Source: the human T2T-CHM13v2.0 reference genome, Homo sapiens. From it: a stretch of 64,000 bases of DNA. Position numbers and translations under genes: made by a program. Under the pieces are notes generated by a model. The model saw only the letters and a program-made list of their open reading frames with translations. It had not been told where the DNA came from and did no database searches. The DNA is taken from assembly GCF_009914755.1 (NCBI RefSeq), contig NC_060942.1. One strand, 5' to 3'. Shown piece after piece: positions 56,320 through 64,000 of the stretch (position 1 is the stretch's first letter; every line of letters begins with the position of its first letter).

Positions 56320-56670
56320 TGTTCAACAAACATTTATTATGCACCTCCAAGAGGCAGGCACTGTGTGAATTTCTGAGAATACAAAGATGAATGAGTGAGG
56401 AACCCTGTCTTCCCAGTGTGAGTGCACACTCTGGGAAGGAAGCCAAAAATGGTAGACAATAATGACAGTGTAAGGAGGGCAATTATAGAGCTCAAAGGGG
56501 GTCTAGAGGAGAGTAGGGGAGGATTAATAGAAAGGATGCTGTTTGTGCTGGTTAAGGATGAATAGGAGTTTTCCATATGGACCAGATGTGAAAGCCATTT
56601 CAGAGGAAACAATATATGCAAAGTCATATAAAAACAGCACATGCAAAGGCATATAATGAAGACATAATGA
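56320..56670 (-). mobile_element. L2 3' fragment
   Basis: TTCAACAAACATTTATT..GCACCT.C.A...GCAGGCACTGTG, GA.ATACAAAGATGAAT, AAGGATGAATAGGAGTTT.CCA. Confidence 0.75.
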
Positions 56671-56714
56671 TATATGTCACACAGTGCCACATTACAAGTT
56701 GTCATGTGATAGTG

Positions 56715-56922
56715 ACTTTAAGAAAGAGTACAGAGCCAGGAGGAAATAATGCTAGGTTCAATTCCCTCTCTATAGTACACCAGCTGTACCATTTGAAAAA
56801 GTTATTTACCTTCTAATTTTCAGTGTTCTTATCCATAAAATGGGGATAATAAGGGAGACTAGGTCAAAGATGGTTGTATTAAGTGAAACAAGTGCTCTGT
56901 AAATGTTAGCTGTTACTGTTAT
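56715..56922 (+). mobile_element. MIR
   Basis: CTAGGTTCAATTCC, CAGCTGT..CATTTG..AAAGTTATTTA.CTTCT, TCAGTGTTCTTATCCATAAAATGGGGATAATAA, TAAATGTTAGCT.TTA. Confidence 0.75.
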
Positions 56923-57059
56923 CAGGGTTAATTAGGCATTGTTGGATCACAAAGTAGAAATGGCCTCAAGTTAAAGGAAAAATGGCAGATATAAACTCTA
57001 AAGAAAGATAACTAGTGGGTTAGTAATAAAGGAATGCCCAAAGGATGGGATTAATGAGA

Positions 57060-57950
57060 CATTATCCATTTTCATGACATGCCACAGGTTTCCTGTTTAT
57101 CCTGATTAACATTTCCATCAACCTGGATGAATGCTTCTGAAACTCATAGATGACATAAAGTTGCAGGGGCTGCACTTGACTTGGAGTGACATTTTCCAGC
57201 TTCCAACTGATATTGATTGACTAGCTGAAAGAATTGTTGAAATCTGACAAGATGAAATTTAAATTTTAACATGAATAATACACAGTCCTGACTTTGACTT
57301 TACAAAAGATCAGTGACAGATCAGAAAAAGGCCTGTATTAGCAGAAACGTGAAAAATCAATGATTGGGGATTTTAGTTGGTGCTAAACTTGATGTTGTTC
57401 AACAATAACACAGAGCTAATGTGATTTAGATTACATAAATAAAGGAAAGGGATACCTAGCATGATAGAGACAATGGTCTCATTCTTCTGTGTTTTGGCCA
57501 GAATATGTCTTCCATGACAAATTCTCAGAGACATTTACAGACCAATTAAAGTAAATTCACAGGCTCACTATCAGGATGGTGAAGTAACTTAGTCCTCTCA
57601 TTTAAGAAATGTGTATAAGATCTGAAAAGGAAAAGACTCAGGAGGACATAGTTTCTGCTCTTAAATATATGAAAAGTGGTCATGAAGAAAAGGAATTAAT
57701 TAATTTGAATAGAATTGAAGGGTAGACTTAGGGTGAATGAATGAAAGATAAAAGATAGAATTTAGGCTTGGCATAAGTAAACTCTAAGCTAACTTCTTTT
57801 GAGTTCAAAAGACTGAAGGTGGAAGGTGGGGGTGAGCTAATAAAGACTTGCTGGTCTCATTGTACCAGGTAAAAACTTTATGGAGGAAACTATTGTCAGT
57901 AGAGTGTTGTGCTAGCTGGCTTTTAAAGTGTCATCATACCTGAACATTTC
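57060..57950 (+). mobile_element. L3/CR1 LINE ORF2 3' fragment
   Basis: AACATTT.CATCAA.CTGGATGA, AGATGACA.AAAG.TG (RT ADD-motif region), AAGATGAAATTTAA, GGG.TTTTAGTTG, GCTAATG.GAT.T.G, AAAAG.AAAAGACT.AGG.GG.ACAT. Confidence 0.7.
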
Positions 57951-59199
57951 TGAGTCTGTCATAATAGGTTTTGACAAAGAAAACTCACAGTCGAAGAGCA
58001 GTGTAGGTATTTTAGATATCGTCTAAAAGTTGGTCAAAGAAAATTTGGACTAACATAAACCTGAAGGAGGACTAACAAGGTTTAAAATTATCATCCACAG
58101 TAAAAACTTTTCTAGGGTCATGTGCTGTGGAGAATTTCAGGCAAATGTTGAGTTCTAATTCAATTTGCTATGTATTAATGATTTGAAGAATGAATAGCAT
58201 GGACATTAGAGTCAGTCGATGTTTCCTAATTTAGTGAATACAGAATTATAAGAAGAAAGCAATGTACATTTTTTTCTTTTGTTATGCCAGTAGAGCCCTA
58301 TAAGCTGAAAGAAGAATGAACTAGATGATCTATTCACTTCTGTTTTGCACATCTATATTTCTACAGTGGCAAAAAGAATATAGTGAAGACTGGGAGCATG
58401 GATATTTTGATATTGGCCATTAATAATGCACACAGGAAGCAGAAGGACTCAGGTTTGCTTTTTAGTACAGATTTTGGTTTGGTAATTTCGTTCTAAGAAG
58501 ACTGTTTTTTAAAAAATCTGTTATTATTTAATTATATCAAACAAAAGGATAGCATCTGATTTCGATTCATTTAACCTTAATGGAAAAGAACAAGTCATTA
58601 CTTAAAGGATGTTTTATAGACTGTGTTATTTCTGGTATTTTTAGAAATCATTTATTCCTCTTCAAATTGATGTAATATAATTATTCATTAATAACTCTTC
58701 TTGATGTCTCTGGAGTCATCCCATTACCCACAGTCATTATGCATCATTGTGTGAATGTTTGCTCTAATACTGAGATATCTATGGCTCATTGAGTCATTAC
58801 ATCCATTGGTGTCTATCCTTTTAGTGAAGAATATACAATTTATTTTGAATCAAATTTCATTGAAATACTTTCCAGGAACTGTATAAGCTGCTCCTAAGTC
58901 CAGGGAGAAGAATAATACAGATGTAGCCCCTAAATACCAATCCTATACATTCCTCATAGAAATCGCTACCTTGGCTAGAATATTCAATTCCTGTTGCTGA
59001 GGTGGTGCCCCAGAGGAGACTTGTTCGTAACTTATGAGTCCAAAGTTGTAACACAAAACAACTTCCCGTAGAATCATTGCCATAACTATATTATACATTT
59101 AATGGTAGTTTGTACTAGAACCCATTATAGATGGGTTCAGTAGCCATGAAAATGTCTAAAAACCTAAAGACTACATAGAATATGATTTCCTCTGGATAA

Positions 59200-59732
59200 T
59201 GGTAGGTAGGTTAGATAGAGTGGTCATAGCTTCCCTTGAAGGAGAACAAACTTGGTAAATAGATGGAGAGAACAAACCACATTCTGTGCTCATGGTTAGA
59301 ACATCCTGCAGCAAGGAGGTAGAAGAGCAGAAAGGAAAATACCCCAATTCATGCAAGGGCAGAACTCATGATTAGTGTCCTTCATTTTCACAGTAAAAAT
59401 CTCACCCCTGGATGGAAATTTGAGATGCTAATGAGACATGTAACGTATGTACTAGCATGTACAACAATAGCACATGCACCCCCAGGAGACCACCCAGAAC
59501 ATGCTTAATGGCAACACTCCTTCCCCCCACCTCATGAATAATTGCACATACTCCCATAAAGGGAGTTTCCCCAGTGTCAATTGGTGCCGCCGTCTCACCT
59601 TTGAGCAGCTCCCTCTGATCAGCCATCAGAATGTACTTTCGTTTTATGAGGAATTATTTGTATTTTGGACTAACTCTCAAATTCTCCTGTGTGGCAAAGT
59701 CAAGAACCTGAACTGGCCCAATGGCTATAACA
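59200..59732 (+). mobile_element. ERV1-class solo LTR (family not assigned)
   Basis: LTR-like ~530 bp with TATA-like CATAAA, CTCAAATTCT..TGTG.GGCAAAGTCAAGAACCTGAAC U5-type motif and ...TAACA end. Confidence 0.6.
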
Positions 59733-60485
59733 ACATTTTGGATACCAAGCAACCACAGTGTATTTGTTAAAATAGGAATACAGACACTGCTTCATAGATT
59801 GAAATACGTAGCACGGTAAGGATAACTTTTTAAGTTACAATCAGCTCAAACTTTAAAATCACTAGCTATTTTCTTTAAGTTAATCTAATAATAAATTATA
59901 TGCTGTGTAAATATTTACACATATTCGCCCCATTTCTTAGAAAAGCACAAGTATAATCTTTCTTCAAGCAAATCCAGTGTATGAAAACAGTTAACAAAGT
60001 ATGTTAGTGTATGGTTATTCATATCACAAGAGGTTTTTAGTTACAAAAGGATAGCGCCTAGGGTTTCTTTAAATGTTGCGTCCCATTATGCATTTAAAAC
60101 AGTACTTAGATTATCCAAACCTTCAGGAATAAATCTATTATGTAAAGTAACAGATACATATATTACCTTATTTGTGAAGTTTGGTGAAATTAGTTATTTG
60201 GTAGATGATTGACACAAGTCTGGCAGGGAGCCAGCGCTGTGAAAACCAGGAATTTCTGATCCTTGGGGTTGTTATATAATAATCTGCTTCCATTAGAATA
60301 TTTATGATGAGTTATTTTAAATAATAATACTATTGATATACTACTTTCAAAATTAAAGTATAAAGTTTACTTTCTCAACTACATAGAAACTTTAGGAATA
60401 GTTTTTAAAGGTGAGAAGTCTGAATTCATTCATTCCACAAATTAAATTTTCAAAACTAAATGTCTCTAATTCTTCTACCTAATTT

Positions 60486-60745
60486 ACTCTGTCACTCAGG
60501 CTGGAGTTCAGTGGTGTCACCCTGGTTCACTGCAACTTCTGCCTCCCAGATTGAAGCCATTCTCATGCCTCAGCCCCCCAAGTAGCTGGGATTACAGGCA
60601 TCCACCACCATGCCTGGCTAATTTTGGTATTTTTGGTAGAGACTGGTTTTAGCCATGTTGGCTAGACTGGTTTCGAACTCCTGGCCTCAAGTGATCCACC
60701 CTGCCTTGGCCTCCCAAAGTTCTGAGATTACAAACGTGAGCCACA
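60486..60745 (-). mobile_element. Alu (old S/J-like) lacking its A tail and 5' terminus
   Basis: Starts abruptly at ACTCTGTCACTCAGGCTGGAG with no poly(T); ends at GTGAGCCAC. Confidence 0.93.
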
Positions 60746-60779
60746 GCAGAATTCAATATCAAATATTTTTGTTCATTTT

Positions 60780-61190
60780 GTTTTGCTTTATAAATAATGT
60801 TGTGAGTATATTATATATAAATTTGTGTTCTTATGTTTTCCTTCAGAATTTTAATTTGTGAGCTTTTCATACTATGTTAATACAAACTTTTAATAATTAG
60901 CATTTGAATGATCACAGTTTCTTCATGTAGACATAACTGTTTATTATTGAAAATTTAATATCATTATTGGAAAAAATTATTGGGAAAAACAATTTATTGA
61001 GAAAAATAAGATTTTTGTTAGTGTAAATAACATTTATTATTAATATTACTATTAATTAACATTTATTATGATAATACATTTATTACTTGGAAAAATAATA
61101 TTTTGCTATTATGAATAACGCTATATTTAGCAAAGCTTCGTAGAACCATTAAGAATTTCTCTACACATATTGTCTAATTGCTTTACCTAC
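60780..61190 (-). mobile_element. degraded L1M fragments with AT-rich low complexity
   Basis: TTTTGC.TAT.AATAATG.TG.GA.TAT.T, TTTTGCTATTATGAATAA.GCT, ACATATTG.C.AATTGCTTT. Confidence 0.45.
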
Positions 61191-61649
61191 TGTTTTCTAT
61201 ACATACATATTATGTATTTATATGTTACATATGCACACATATATTTTTCTTATTTATGGGTGAAAGATTACTAGTATTCCTATCATTGGCAGTGAGATGA
61301 ACATATTCCTCTCCAGATTGCATATTTGCAGGATACTATGTTCCTCTATTTTGCCGTGTTCATATTGTGATTTAATACAAAATTCCTAGAAACTTGGTGA
61401 GGTCAGTAGAACGGGGTTTATCATACCCATGTAGCGGGGTCTCCTATTATCCAAAGACAGGCATCAGGTCAGTGGAAGGAGAACCCGGGTCTCCTCAGTC
61501 CTGGATTAATTACATCTACCCGAATTTTAAATGAAAAATGAAAAACAAAGAGTGCATCTATAATTTCTAGCCAGCATCTGAGATGGAAAAGGCATTTTCT
61601 AGTGATGAATAGGCTCATTATGTTCTCATAAATTAACTGGTGAACACAT

Positions 61650-62200
<551 letters not shown>

Positions 62201-62898
62201 TAAGAGAGGTTATTTGAAATATATAATTCCATCTCTATTAATTTATCTCCTGTAAAAAGAGATTCCCTCTCCTTTTTCATGCCATAAAGGATCCAGACAG
62301 CCACAAGGCTTAGCATGCAACACTGACAAAATGCACAAAAGAATCAAAATCGAATTAGGTAATCAAAAATGAAAACCAAGGTACTGCAATATGAAATAAT
62401 GTAAATCATGCACAGCAAACCTATGTATAATAGAAATACCATGTTCCTGCCTGTTTCTCTAACCCACCAGTTATTCAGTCACAAGTAATTTACTCTTAGA
62501 AAAAAAAAAGGGCCCCAAATTTGATTTATTTCCCCATCCAAGTAAATTTTAAAAGGCTGCCAAAGCTTTCTACATAAATCTCAAATATCTTCCCATATTG
62601 TGGAGGAGAGAGAGAGAAAGAGAGAAAAGAGCTTATTATTTATGAAGCTAATCAGGCAGGCAGAGGAGGAGTTAGCTTTTAACTTTTTCATTTATTATTT
62701 CCTCGGAGTTAATATTTCATTGAAAAGCAATCTATAAACAATATCTTTGGGAGCTTATACAGAAATGACTTAAAGATTTTTTACATTGTAAATGAGTACC
62801 TCTTATTGCGTATATTCCATGCCCCACCATTTTTATTAGCAAGGTTATTTAAATAACAAAGAAAAAGTTCCAACTTTTAGTTATTTATTGGTTTAAGC

Positions 62899-63237
62899 CA
62901 AGGATCAGCAAACATTTTCTGTGAAAGGCAAGATAGTGAATTGTATATATTTCTGGCTGTGGGCGCATGATCTCTGTTGCAACTACTCAGTGGTGCCTCT
63001 GTCGCAGGAAAGCAGCCATTAAAAGTATGTAAATAAATCAGTATGTTTGTGTCACAATAAAACTTTATTTATGGACACTGAAATCTGGATTGTATATAAT
63101 TGTATATAATTCTGTGTATCATGAAACATTGTTCTTTCCGTTTATTCAACTATTAAAATATGTAGTAAACCATTCTTAGCTCACTGCTGTACAGAAAGAG
63201 CTAGACTTGCCCTGGGGCCATAGTGTGCTTCTCTCTG
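62899..63237. mobile_element. MER58B hAT-Charlie element
   Basis: GG.TCAGCAAAC.TTTTCTGT.AA.GGC.AGATAGT.AAT, TCTCTGTTGCAACTACTCA, CAATAAAACTTTATTTATGGACACTGAAAT, AACCATTCTTAGCTC; internal TGTATATAAT x2. Confidence 0.8.
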
Positions 63238-64000
63238 GTTAAACTGAATACCCTCATTGCAAGGATTTTGGTATCTATGGCCTCTCTCATAAACAAGTGA
63301 GCCTGTTTATGAACTAGTGAGCTCTCCCAGATAGTCTCCCACTTCATCCTTCTGTAGAATAGAAAAACAAAAAATGAAGGAAAGCAAAAGACACCTCTTA
63401 AATACTCTTTGATCTTGATCCTTGTTGAGTAGGTATAGTTCCACTTAAAAACCTATACACCAGTCCTTGATGCTTTTATCTTTTTAAAATAAACTATTAC
63501 TGTGCATGAACCCCCTTTGAAATGTATCATTTTCTGCCCTAGAGATGTTTGTATATGTGTCTTTTATTTGGATGTGAGAATGTGGTATGGTGTGTGAAAT
63601 ATGGCAATTACTGGATGTGATATAAAGTATTTGCTTATTTTCTTAAACATTGTAATATAAACATTTTTTGAATTCAAATGTCTTAACAGAATGATTCAGA
63701 TATTGCATTTTATGTAATAAGTTTCTGTATCAATTTTTCCTTACATTATAATTTTATGTGTTCATGATGCTAACCATTTGGATATTTGGAAGCATATGGA
63801 AGGTTGAATATTTCACTTTATATCCAGATGTTTGGTGTTATTCAATACTGATATATAGGAAAAGAATATGCTCAGCCATCTTTATTCAAGATTTTTTTTA
63901 ATTTCTTTATTGCCCATAAAAGTGATGATTTACAAATGTACAGGTATTATATAGGAGTTTGGTTAAATATATTTTATTGGTGTGAATGCCTAAATATGAT

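Noticed and set aside
60940-61110. Imperfect TTATTG(G)AAAA and ACATTTATTA repeats
   Set aside because: AT-rich low-complexity decay within old L1 sequence with no consistent period.

Overview
This is AT-rich, CpG-depleted primate (probably human) intronic or intergenic DNA, not a prokaryotic or phage window. I find no supportable protein-coding gene, tRNA, rRNA, CRISPR array or CpG island. The ORF track consists of short chance ORFs and translations of Alu, L1 and microsatellite sequence. The window is a mosaic of interspersed repeats: 11 Alus (J/S/Y-like, several with target-site duplications), old L1M fragments, L2, MIR, L3/CR1, MaLR and ERV solo LTRs, hAT-type DNA transposon fossils (MER1B, MER5, MER20, MER33, MER53, MER58, MER81, Charlie1) and microsatellites. 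Repeat subfamily names come from remembered consensus sequences, not from a database search, and many boundaries are approximate. The most striking structure these repeats do not explain is a ~360-bp, ~90%-identical inverted duplication of apparently unique DNA (53218-53581 vs 54559-54915). One copy sits in the middle of an old L1 3'UTR and the other begins at a (CA)n tract, which looks like a fossil template-switch insertion able to form a long non-Alu hairpin. I do not see evidence for a new gene-encoded biological system.
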